From Octopus sinensis (lineage: Eukaryota), in contig NC_043006.1 of assembly GCF_006345805.1 (NCBI RefSeq), positions 60,822,001 through 60,886,000 on the forward strand: a stretch of 64,000 nucleotides of DNA. The letters run 5' to 3'. The position numbers were made by a program, and so were the translations under genes. Shown here piece after piece: positions 49,091 through 61,019 of the stretch. The notes beneath the pieces were generated by a model. It did no database searches. It worked only from the letters and a program-made list of their open reading frames with translations, and was not told where the DNA came from. Positions within the stretch are counted from its first letter, which is position 1. Every line of letters starts with the position of its first letter.

Positions 49091-49162
49091 GAAGAATCTG
49101 GGTGTCGATCCTGGTACCTCTCGCATGCTAATCAAGTGATCTACCACATCAGCTAAATCCCC
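49091..49162 (-). pseudogene. tRNA-Ala(AGC)-like pseudogene
   Basis: 72 nt GGGGATTTAGCTGATGTGGTAGATCACTTGATTAGCATGCGAGAGGTACCAGGATCGACACCCAGATTCTTC; anticodon loop TTAGCAT and the eukaryotic Ala-type GGATCGA T-loop; D, T and acceptor stems partly disrupted. Confidence 0.75.
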
Positions 49163-49212
49163 ACCCAATAATAATAATAATAATAATGATAATAATAATA
49201 ATAATAATAATA

Positions 49213-49491
49213 AAACTAGAATGTGGAATCTGAAAACAGAAACAATTCCTATCATAGTAGGTGCATTAGGCATGATAAAAAAATATTCAGATAAATACAT
49301 AACAAAAACACCAGGACTTACAAACACATATAAGATACAGAAAATTGCACTACTAGGCACTGCACACATCCTACGCAGAACACTTTCCATACAATAACCA
49401 TCAGAGCATCACAACAAATCACAGCACATACCCAAGGCACACAGAGCTGCGCTCGGAAGTGAAGTGAAAGCACGCTATAAAAATAAAACTA

Positions 49492-49497
<6 letters not shown>
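49213..49497 (+). mobile_element. R4/Dong-like LINE extreme 3' end within (AAT)n
   Basis: RMWNLKTETIPIIVGALGMIKKYSDKY..IQKIALLGTAHILRRTLSIQ* plus a 3' UTR nearly identical to 26150-26400. Confidence 0.9.
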
Positions 49498-49523
<26 letters not shown>

Positions 49524-49899
49524 GTAGGGAGGATGTTTAGATTTACCGAGAAAGAAGATGTTGACATGCCATTGCCGAAGAATATAAAGATATAAAAATA
49601 TAATGAACAATATAAACAGAAAGATAAAGATAAATAAAGGAATTAAGGTAAAGCAATCTGAGGTAAGAAATACAAGATAAAGTAAAATATATAAGTAAAT
49701 AACGTAAATAAAAGGGAGACAGTAGATGCTACCGTTGTTCTTCGAGTTATAGAGTGGGGCAGGAATAAGTGTAGGCGTCAGTTTTATGGCCAAGATTAGT
49801 GGCTGTAAATATAATCCTAGCTAGCGGGGTATGGATGATGAAAAGTGTGAATTTCGAAAACCAGTTAACTGCTAATTTAAATTATTTAGGAATAAAAAT

Positions 49900-50480
49900 T
49901 AGGGGATCTATGAGGTTAAGTTTTAAAAGAATAAAGTAAAGAATAAATTAGCAGTTGTTAACTAAGGTATTAATAATGACAGAGAAGATATACAATTGTA
50001 TGTTACTAAGAACATGGAGGCATATAGTTAGGCACTATGTGTGGTGGGTAAGCTTGCATTTAGATTTATGGGAGAATTTAAGTGTGGAAGAATCAGTGTT
50101 TGCATGTTGTGAAGTTTTCGCTGTGTTTGTTTAGTGAATGCGGAGAATCGTGGGTTAGAATTTTAAGGGACTCTTTGTGGCATAATCCACGAGGGGAGAG
50201 TTGGCCCTGATATGGAATGCCACAATCAATTATAGCCCAGGATAAAATACATTATATTTTCCTAGCAATTAGATGGTGAATGTAACTGGCTAGGGAAGTG
50301 GAATTGTTATACTCCTTTTATCTAAAAGAGTGCAGATATGCAGATTATTTCTGTTTAAAAATTAGTTGTGGATCCATATGGTAGCTATCTAAATTATTTA
50401 ATATGTTATGGACGGTGCATGGCTATAGTACGTTGAATCTTCTGCAAAGCACTTGCAGCGGGATGTCAGCCCTGGATCTA
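49900..50480 (-). mobile_element. Highly decayed Penelope-like RT fragment
   Basis: ARKI*CIYPGAIIDCGIP (cf. LPKIHK..PGRPIVS) and THIVPNY (cf. G-MAPNY). Weak, by-eye match. Confidence 0.45.
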
Positions 50481-50736
50481 CAGTTGCATTTAACCGTTCT
50501 GGGATGGTTACTAGGAGGGAAGGATTGAGAGGTATTTTTATCCGATAAGTTAAAGGCGGAGGTAGTATTGGGTGATTGCTTCACGGTATGGCTTTTATCA
50601 TGGCTTCTATTGTTATTTTCGTTACCGCCACCGTTACTGTAAGAAACTGTGAACTTTTATATATTTTTCCTCTTCTCTTTTTTCTACATCTTTCCATCGT
50701 TTCCATACTCCATACCGTCCTACTTTCTCACCATCT

Positions 50737-50775
50737 GTCTCCGATGATGGGAAATCCCAGAAACAGCTGTAAGAC
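50737..50775 (+). ncRNA. Minimal type I hammerhead motif with a single U4C substitution
   Basis: GTCT CCGATGA TGGG aaat CCCA GAAA CAGCTG TA AGAC; palindromic stem III ACAGCTGT. Confidence 0.65.
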
Positions 50776-50910
50776 TTTAAAAAATGCTTAATAATTTTTA
50801 GTAGCAATAACCTATATGACTTGAGATGTCTTGCTTCGATGTCTGTTTTCCATTTTTACAAATCTCTCTCTCTCTCTCACTCTCTCTCTGGCTATGTATA
50901 TATATATATG

Positions 50911-50944
<34 letters not shown>

Positions 50945-50952
<8 letters not shown>

Positions 50953-51093
50953 ATTGAATGGAAGAAATGGAGTTGAACGAAGATTGTACAGAATTCCTTT
51001 TATTACATTCTTTTATTACATTGTGTAGAATGTAATAAAAGGAATTCTGTACAATCTTCGTTCAACTCCATTTCTTCCATTCAATAATAATAT
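50945..51093. repeat. Perfect foldback palindrome (67-bp arms, 15-nt spacer)
   Basis: Arms 50945-51011 and 51027-51093; the spacer TTTATTACATTGTGT partly repeats the arm end. Confidence 0.95.
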
Positions 51094-51454
51094 TAAACTT
51101 CAATTATCCGCACCAACGCACGGTTGCAGCACCAAATGGTCTTATCTCCAACCGTGTATTTTCTGCTGTGATTTTTGCTACTCAGGTATCGGTTAAACTT
51201 TTGAATAATCTGTAACAAGAAAATTCATCTTTCTATTTCAACAAATATATATATATATATATAATATATATATATATATATAATAATAATAAATATTAGG
51301 GAATATATCCAAATTTACAGGGAAAAAAAATCAGATTTAGGATTAAATCCAATTTTATAGTAAAATATTATAAAATATTATTTGAGACAAAACCACTATT
51401 TTGCAAAACAAACAAGGAAAGACTTAATCAATACATAAAATTTAATAAATATAC

Positions 51455-51897
51455 ACTTTTTGCTCTTTTTACTATTTTTACTCTTTTACATGTTTCAGTC
51501 ATTTGATTGTGGCCATGCTGGAGCACCGCCTTCAGTCGAGCAAATCGCCCCCAGGACTTATTCTTTGGAAGCCTAGTACTTATTCTATCGGTCTCTTTTG
51601 CCGAACCGCTAAGTTACGGAGACGTAAACACACCAGCATCGGTCGTCAAGCGATGTTGGTGGAACAACCACAGACAAACATATACAGACACATACATAAA
51701 TACATACATATATATATATATATATATGACGGGCTTCTTTCAGTTTCCATCTACCAAATCCACTCATAAGGCTTTGGTCGGCCCTAGGCTATAGTAGATG
51801 ACACTTGCCAAAGGTGCCACGCAGTGGGACTGAACCCGGAACCATGTGGTTTTATGGTTGGTAAGCAAGCTACTTACCACACAACCACTCCTACGCC
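51455..51897 (-). mobile_element. tRNA-derived SINE (family A), full length
   Basis: Homologous to 15033-15463. Confidence 0.9.
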
Positions 51898-51901
51898 TAT
51901 A

Positions 51902-51964
<63 letters not shown>

Positions 51965-53074
51965 AAGGTGTATATATGTATATATATATATATTGAAAGG
52001 CTTTTCGACTATGAGACAGTATAGGACAAGACAGTGCATTGTAAAGCAATTGGATAAAAGAATGTCCTATAAAACTTGAAAAGGAAACTAGAGAGATAGA
52101 AAGATAGGAACAAAGGTAGAATGATGGAAGAAATAGAAATAGGAAGGATTGAAGAAATATATATTTCACAACTATTGGAGCGCGAAATGCACCTCGCGAA
52201 CACACGTTCGTGAGATGGTTGTGATCTATAAAGTGTTTTGAGTAGAAACCCCAAAGAGAAGTATGAACACTCAATGCACATGTGCATACTGAATTTGTAA
52301 ACGGAAGAGAAGAATAAAAACACAATGCGTATGACAAATTAAAACTGAAGCAAGGAATGAAGCACAATATATGATGGTCTGCATGCCACGTATGACACAA
52401 GTATCACGCAGCTTTGCTGCAATTTTCTGGTTAATAGTGATAGTATTTGTAGTAGTAGTATTCTCAATACATTGACTTTATTGTATTCTATCCTTGTTAG
52501 AGTTTTGTTTCTTAAGCCCACCTCCTCTCCCGTTTGGTACATTTTTACGTTTAGCTTTATGCATTATAGTACAGGCTGCTTATCAGTTATCCATTATTTT
52601 AAAAAAATTATTCTTGGTTTTTGCTTATATATTTTTAAAATTTATTATCTTTGGTCTACACTGAGGAAATGTATTTGTTTAAAACGCTAAGTGGCTCGCG
52701 TTTGTGTGTATGTCTGTAAGCCAATCCTGTGGCCATCCCACTGACAATTCTTTGTTAAGTCAAGCACATCAATACGTTTCAATTATTGTCGCTTCTTTTT
52801 CTTTCAATTAAATCTGTCAACATCACACCAAGATTATTTTCAAATGCCAATCCCAGTGGATACAATACTGCCATTTCAATTTTTTTGTCCACAACTAGTA
52901 TCTTTAACCTGCGCTTCTCCTTTACATCTCAACTCTTTTCCGTTCTTTACTGATCTACACATCCAATTTAAAAACCACTATACATTTATTTATTTATATA
53001 TTCAAACGGTTCAGTCATTAAAATGCTTGTTCACTGCTTAGAAGAATTTTAATTGAGCGAAGGGACCTCAGTGA

Positions 53075-53368
53075 TTATTATTTAAGTCTTGTACCTATTC
53101 TATCGGTCTAAGTAAGCAAACCAACAGCAGTTGTGATGTGGTGATGTGGTGACGCACACAACCACACACACACACACACACACAAAACCGCACACACACA
53201 CACACACACACAAGGACAACAGGTTTATTTTAGTTGTTGTCCACCACAAGTCTTTGTTTACCTGGAGGAATTGTAGAAGACACTCGAACAAGTTGCCACA
53301 CTATGGGATTAAACCTTGAACCATGTGGTTGGAAGCAAACTACTTACCATAAAGACGTACATGCGCCT
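53075..53368 (-). mobile_element. Old, diverged family-A SINE
   Basis: GTAGAAGACAC..CAAGTTGCCACAC..GAACCATGTGGTTGGAAGCAAACTACTTACCA..GCGCC. Confidence 0.7.
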
Positions 53369-55209
53369 AACTATATCTATTTAATTAAATGGATTTACCT
53401 TGATTTATTTCATGTAACTTTTTTACTTGTATTTCCCTTTTAACTTTAGAAACTATCCCCTTCTGCTACGGGTACCTATCAAAGATCTTCTAAAATTTCC
53501 TGAAACCACTTGAGGTTTTTCAAATTTTATGAGAATATTTTCAAAAACTGTAGTTCTTATGTAGTTTTGTATGCTGATGACCAAAACAATTTTTGATAAT
53601 ATTTACAAGCATATCCAATGAAATGCGTTCGTTGCAAACATGTAGGAAGTCGGAAATTTCTGTTGTCATGGATATCAGCTAAGATAAGGAAGATGAAACC
53701 TTACTTCGTTTAATGACCAACTAGAAACAGCGGTCGAATCTTCCTGAAACTATACCACAACATCTTAAAACAGAAAAGACGACACGTTGTCTAACGTAGT
53801 TGGGGGCACTGGATTTTTAAAAATTCCTGATTAGAGCCTCAATACATCGTAATGTGGTTCAAAATTCACAGTGACACTAAATTTATGAATTATATGTAAT
53901 CACAAACATAGCACTGAGCACGTATTTGCTATTAATACAAACTACGTCATATAACATGTCATCATTCCTGTTTTGTATAAGTTATGGTGTATTTAAAGGA
54001 AGATTTGGCTCCTATTTCTTGCAAGTTGACAGCCTAGTTAAAGGTTTCGTCTTCGTTGTCATATCTATCGTTCTTGATTTCCCTGAAAAGCAACAGTTCC
54101 CAACATGTCTGCAAAAAATGTTTGGCTTAATTACATAACCTACAAAGCTTGTAATTTAGTATTAAATTCTAGAAAAATGAATGTGATTTTCGTCCTCAGC
54201 ATGCAGAACTACGTCAGAACTGCATTTTTAAATAAATAATCGTTTGGTAATTTAAAAAATTTCAAGCGGTTGGAATACATTTGGCAAGATCCCCAATCTA
54301 CACCCCAATCTCACTCTTCCTGACAAGGAATCTTAGTATCTTTACTACTTCGTCTGTATATCTTGCCATTGTTGACAATAGATAATGGAACACAAATAAC
54401 TGTGAGGAATTACTGCAGCTATTCCATTCTCTAAAGGTCACATACATTTATATAAACACGCCTATACACCCAGAAGTGTAAAAATTCATACTGGATCACA
54501 GTTTGGATTGATACTTTGCTGCATCCATCGATGACACTTTCAATTATAACTCTTAACTCTTAAGAAAGACTGGTTCCAACCGCTATATAATTGTATATGA
54601 TAGCATTAGAATGGGGACTCATGAACATGAGTGCTTTCTTTAGATACAATTTATAACTGGAATTTTTATTTCATTTTCGTTGAAACTTGTGCTGAAAACA
54701 TTATTTCTTTCCTCACATGAAAATTTAATTTTCGTTTTTGTTAAATCATATTTAGAGCCATTTCGGTTCGCTTTGTTTGCAACATTTAACAGTAGTAACT
54801 GAAATGGTAATCAGTTTTATCATATAACATTTCCTTTACTATTTCTGGAAATAGTTGTCTCTGTAGTCGACATTTTGCTCTTGATTCCTTCATTAAGCTT
54901 TTTTCAAATTACATTTTACCTGGTTTGAATCTAGATGTAAAATTAATGTAAACTACAAAACTAAGATGTCTTCTTGCATTAAAAGGCAAAGCTATTATCG
55001 TCATTGTTTTTGGTACTTGTTTATTCATTTTCTTATATTTATTTTTATAGATGCCTTTTCTAAATTACAATTTGAATTGTAAATAGCTCGGATATTGAGG
55101 ATTAAGTAAATTTACAATACTGCTGTCTCATTTTCATTACAGAATGTTATCGAAGCGAATCACACGGTGGCTTTTATAACATATTAACATCCAGTCCGTG
55201 TATATAGTT

Positions 55210-55315
<106 letters not shown>

Positions 55316-55974
55316 AACGTTGTATATTCTGAAGTAATTGTTTACTATCACTGCACTATGAGCCAAAAAAAAAAAACACTGAATGCATTGAGATTGAACC
55401 CCAGAGTATCAACCACTGTCAATTGTAAGAAAAAATAACGGGCATGTTGGATGAATTATTCTTTGATATACCACGTCATCTTCCCAGCTGGAACATGTTT
55501 TTTTTTATTGCAGATCAGATATAGATCATCTCAACTGGGACCAATATAATCAATATTTATTGAATGATAGGCAGCTGCAGTCTTCACTCTATCCGACCCT
55601 CGGTTACGATAACAAAACAGTGTCGAACGGATATTTTATTCATCAATTTTCCATTCCATCATTCGCAGATCTCAGATAATGTTAAATAATAGTTCTAATG
55701 AGGTGAGGAGCAATTCGTAACTTAAATTTCCAACGAATGGTGTACTATTTAATAGTATTTCACACATTTCATTAAAATAGAATTCGTAAAAAAATAATAT
55801 TGTAAAACGTTTGCTTAAAAAAAAAATAATTGTTCAGTCATTGCTGTAAACCTATCCTTAAAATGTATAGAAATAGAATATGGATGTAAAGTACCCCGTG
55901 AAAACCAGATATATGTAGTAGAACAAATTTTGAAGGTGGATTTTGTCCAAAGAGATTTGCGTTGCATTTAATAT

Positions 55975-56420
55975 TAATTTCATTTTTTGGCACAGGGCCA
56001 GCAATTTCGGGGAGTAAATTACAAGGCCAGTAAGTCAATTACATCAATCCCAGTGTTCAATTGATTTGTATTTTGTCGATCCTGTAAAGATAAAAGGCAA
56101 AGTCGGCCCCGGCTGCAATGGAACTCAGAGTGTAAAGTCGGAAAAATGCCGCTGAGCATTTTATCCGGCACGGTAATGATTCTGCTAGCTTGCTGCCTTC
56201 CGTCTTACATTTTAATATTGGTTTCAAATTTTCGCATTAAGCCAGTAATCTTTTAGGGGAAGGATAGGTCTGTTACATCGACCCCAGTATTCAGCTGTTA
56301 TCTATTTTATCGACAACGAAAGGTTGAAAGTCAAAGTCGGCCCCGGCAGCATTTGAACTCAGAATGTCGAGACGGAGGAAATGCCGCTAAGCATTTCCCC
56401 CGGGATGTTAACTATTTAGC
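55975..56420 (-). mobile_element. Two adjacent diverged family-B SINEs
   Basis: AAAGGCAAAGTCGGCCCCGGC..GAACTCAGA..ATGCCGCT occurs twice, with GGCACAGGGCCAGCAATTTCGGG-type tails. Confidence 0.75.
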
Positions 56421-56602
56421 CAGCTTACCACATTGCTGCTACATTTTATATTAAAATAAAGGATTGAAAGCATTTATTGTGTCCTATAATGTCCTTACAG
56501 CGATCATTTGCTAAACAAAAAACACGTTGCACACTAAAATGGTGGTGGAGTTTGAATACAACATAATCACAAGTGCATTGCAGAATTATATTCATGATAT
56601 TT

Positions 56603-56834
56603 AAGGCGGCGAGCTGGCAGAAACGTTAGCACGCCGGGCGAAATGCGTAGCCGTATTTCGTCTGCCGTTACGTTCTGGGTTCAAATTCCGCTGAGGTCGA
56701 CTTTGCTTTCATCCTTTCGGGGTCGATAAATTAAGTACCAGTTACGCACTGGAGCCGATGTAATCGACTTAACCCGTTTGTCTGTCCTTGTTTGTCCTCT
56801 CTGTGTTTAGCCCTTTGTGGGTAGTAAAGAAATA
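56603..56834 (+). mobile_element. Young full-length family-B SINE with a 16-bp TSD
   Basis: TATATTCATGATATTT at 56587-56602 and 56835-56850. Confidence 0.92.
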
Positions 56835-57819
56835 TATATTCATGATATTTGAATATAATCATTACTGTACGTTAGTTAACTCCAATGCTAAATATTTTGT
56901 AACAATGTATACGTGAAAATGGTGCTATTTTTTCTGTCTGAAAGTTTACGAGAAATACCAGCATAGAACTGATAATTAAGCTTAAATTAGCAATAAGCTA
57001 CTGATCATAAGACGTAACTTTTATATCATAGTAATATTGAAATAATTTATTAGTAATATAGAATTCAATACATCCATATTATAATCGATATATTGTAACT
57101 TGGTAATTCGGCCTTTTTACATTTATGGGATGACTAATTGAAGTGAAATGCATCAGAGAAATATAGTAATTTTGATCAAAATTTTAGCTGCCTTCTAATC
57201 GGAGAATCACTGGTTTCAGACGTAAATTATATCGTAGACGTTATATTTCATGAAGATAAACTTCAAGAGCCAATTAGCAACTAATTACTTGTGAATTTAG
57301 ATATGGGTTCTCGCCAAATAAACTTTAATTTCCGAATATCATACAAATTTGACGGATGAATCACAGAAATGAAATACATTAATCATGAGTGTATTAAAAG
57401 TGAAGTTAGAAGAGGAAAATAAAATGAACATCGGTGAGAAAAACATTCTCTCTGTGTGTCTCTCTTTACATCCGCACCCCCGCACTTTCACATGCACACA
57501 AGTACGCACTCACAAACATGCAGTCACATACACACCTTGCAGTTTACTCTATAAATATGAGAAAAATATTCGATACATTCTGTGACGCATAACTATTTAA
57601 ACGAAGGTGGTATTTTGGACGGCTGCCATGCAGTGTTCTCCACCGGCATGTTTCTTCTGGCGAAAAATAGTAATGCAAAAATCGAGAATTGAAAACTCGA
57701 TAATGTATTAGTATTTTGGCCAAACTGAACAACTAGAAAACTAAGTAAATGCAAAACACCAGCAGTGCATAAATAAGAACACACACACATGTACACAAGG
57801 TTGTTCATTAATAGTTATC

Positions 57820-58340
57820 CGGCGATAAGCTGCACCACGCTGAAACCAAATGTGGTGATTCATTGTATAATTTAGTCTAAATGTAACCTCATCGCTTCAA
57901 GCAATCTTTGCTAGAAAGTGTACATCTACGCAATTAAACAAGTATGCCTCGCGAGATTCCAATCGTAGGTCCGGATCATTTTCATTGAAACCATGGATTA
58001 TTTTTGGAATGGAACTTTTCCACTGACAAAGCTTCAAAATGTGATGGTCACATGATTTTGAAATTCTTATCTCACGACTCGCATGCCGGATAAATTTTCT
58101 TGAATTGCACCCATAAATATCTAGTATCAATTCTTGTTTGTTGACGTCCGAGGCCTCCTGATACGTTTTCCGTGGACATTCTGAACAGTTCCATCACAAA
58201 TTCGATTGTAAGTCACGCAGGTAGATCTGTTTGAAACACCATTTGAACTGTTTGATAGCAAATTACAAATTCGATTGAATTTTCAAGCGTGAAGAAGCCC
58301 TTTAGAATAAATTTCCTGTGTTCAATGCTTCGCTTGACTC
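57820..58340 (-). mobile_element. Decayed Tc1/mariner-superfamily transposase with a DUF4817-like N-terminus (partly repeated at ~59058-59460)
   Basis: DGTVQNVHGKRIRRPRTST / QELILDIY..IRHASREIRISKSCDHHILK..HGFNENDPDLRLE..FLAKIA*SDEVTFRLNYTMNHH. Confidence 0.7.
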
Positions 58341-60181
58341 CCTTAAATATTTCTAATGAGCTAAATGTAAAAATAAAGTGTAGTACTAGCTGTTAAAGTG
58401 TGTATCCTACATACGCTACATTTTTTTTGTGGGGAAACACTGTATACTTATAATTAGACAAAACATGATGGGGAAAAAAACAGGCTTTAATTACAAAGTA
58501 CATTTATTTCTGTGAAGATGCAAGAGATTTTATGTTGCTGAAATTACAATCTCATACCATTACATAAAATTATGTTCTAAATAATTACAAATTGAAACTA
58601 ATAATACAGTAATAGCTATGTGCCGGAACATTATGGGGTAGGTTGCTCTTTCCAAGCTAAGCTTAACATATTATACATGACTAATGGCTAGCAGTTCTTT
58701 GCATCATCGTAAGGGAGTTATGCAAACAATCATAGGTAACTAGATCTGAGGAAAAGCTAAGCAATATCTTTATGTTCGACGAAGTCGGCGAGCTGGCAGA
58801 AACGTTAGCACGCCGGGCGAAATACGTAGCCGCACTTCGTCTGCCGTTACGTTCTGGGTTCAAATTCCGCCGAGGTCGACTTTGCCTTTCATCCTTTCAG
58901 GGTCGATTAAATAAGTACCAGTTATGCACTTGGGTCAATGTAATCGACTTAATCCATTTGTCTGTCCTTGTTTGTCCCCTCTGTGTTTAGCCCCTTGTGG
59001 GTAGTAAAGAAATAAATACTTTTATGTTCGACGTCTTACGTAAGATATGTTCAGTTTAACAAGTATGCCTCGCGAGATTCCAATCGTAGGTCCGGATCAT
59101 TTTCATTGAAACCATGGATTATTTTTGGAATGGAACTTTTCCACTGACAAAGCTTCAAAATGTGATGGTCACATGATTTTGAAATTCTTATCTCACGACT
59201 CGCATGCCGGATAAATTTTCTTGAATTGCACCCATAAATATCTAGTATCAATTCTTGTTTGTTGACGTCCGAGGCCTCCTGATACGTTTTCCGTGGACAT
59301 TCTGAACAGTTCCATCACAAATTCGATTGTAAGTCACGCAGGTAGATCTGTTTGAAACACCATTTGAACTGTTTTGATAGCAAATTACAAATTCGATTGA
59401 ATTTTCAAGCGTGAAGAAGCCCTTTAGAATAAATTTCCTGTGTTCAATGCTTCGCTTGACTCCCTTAAATATTTCTAATGAGCTAAATGTAAAAATAAAG
59501 TGTAGTACTAGCTGTTAAAGTGTGTATCCTACATACACTACATTTTTTTTGTGGGGAAACACTGTATACTTATAATTAGACAAAACATGATGGGGAAAAA
59601 AACAGGCTTTAATTACAAAGTACATTTATTTCTGTGAAGATGCAAGAGCTTTTATGTTGCTGAAATTACAATCTCATACCATTACATAAAATTATGTTCT
59701 AAATAATTACAAATTGAAACTAATAATACAGTAATAGCTATGTGCCGGAACATTATGGGGTAGGTTGCTCTTTCCAAGCTAAGCTTAACATATTATACAT
59801 GACTAATGGCTAGCAGTTCTTTGCATCATCGTAAGGGAGTTATGCAAACAATCATAGGTAACTAGATCTGAGGAAAAGCTAAGCAACATCTTTATGTTCG
59901 ACGAAGTCGGCGAGCTGGCAGAAACGTTAGCACGCCGGGCGAAATACGTAGCCGCACTTCGTCTGCCGTTACGTTCTGGGTTCAAATTCCGCCGAGGTCG
60001 ACTTTGCCTTTCATCCTTTCAGGGTCGATTAAATAAGTACCAGTTATGCACTTGGGTCAATGTAATCGACTTAATCCATTTGTCTGTCCTTGTTTGTCCC
60101 CTCTGTGTTTAGCCCCTTGTGGGTAGTAAAGAAATAAATACTTTTATGTTCGACGTCTTACGTAAGATATGTTCAGTTTAA
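57936..60181. repeat. Near-identical tandem duplication with a period of 1121-1122 bp
   Basis: Duplicated ORF-track entries offset by 1121-1122 (e.g. 58772 vs 59894); about 4 differences noticed; junction at TTTAAC/AAC microhomology. Confidence 0.95.
58782..59020 (+). mobile_element. Young family-B SINE with a 13-bp TSD (duplicated at 59904-60142)
   Basis: TTTATGTTCGACG at 58769-58781 and 59021-59033. Confidence 0.92.
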
Positions 60182-60239
60182 CCTGGGAACACGAACACAC
60201 ACGCACACACACACACACACACACATACATATATATATA

Positions 60240-60545
60240 TAAAGGTTAAAGACCTCCTTTGGTCATGAATGACAATAGGATTGCACCTAGAAGCTTACAC
60301 TCTGCGCCAGCAGTCAGCCACATGTACAAACCTCCCCTCTAGACGCAACCAATATTATCCAAGAGAAAGGTAAAAGCCAACACAGCCTGGTACCAGTGAT
60401 ATCGCAACTCATTTCTACAGCTGAGTGAACTGGAACGTTGTGAAATGTGTTCAAGAACACAACACAGAGCCCGGTCCAGGAATCGAACTCACTACTCACT
60501 ACCTCAATAGTGGGAGCCAGACGTTCTAAACACCGAGCATTGTAC
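60240..60545 (-). mobile_element. tRNA-derived SINE (family D), diverged
   Basis: Plus strand CATTTCTACAGCTGAGTGAACTGG..CACAACACAGAGCCCGGTCCAGGAATCGAAC (B-box on the minus strand). Confidence 0.65.
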
Positions 60546-60717
60546 CTTATATATATAATTTTTATTTTATGTTTTTAATTTTTTATGTATTTTTTTGAAG
60601 AGGTCATTCTTAAACGCATTCCAATACAATGGTAAAAGGAAAAAGTAATTAAATGAATAAATGAATGGGGAATAGGAATGTGGATACCCCTTCTCTCTCT
60701 CTTACACCTTACCCATT

Positions 60718-60950
<233 letters not shown>

Positions 60951-61019
60951 TCTCCATTGTCCTGGAAGCTAAAAAAACAAAATCAATGTTCTCTGCTAAA
61001 CAAAACGTTTTATATAAAT

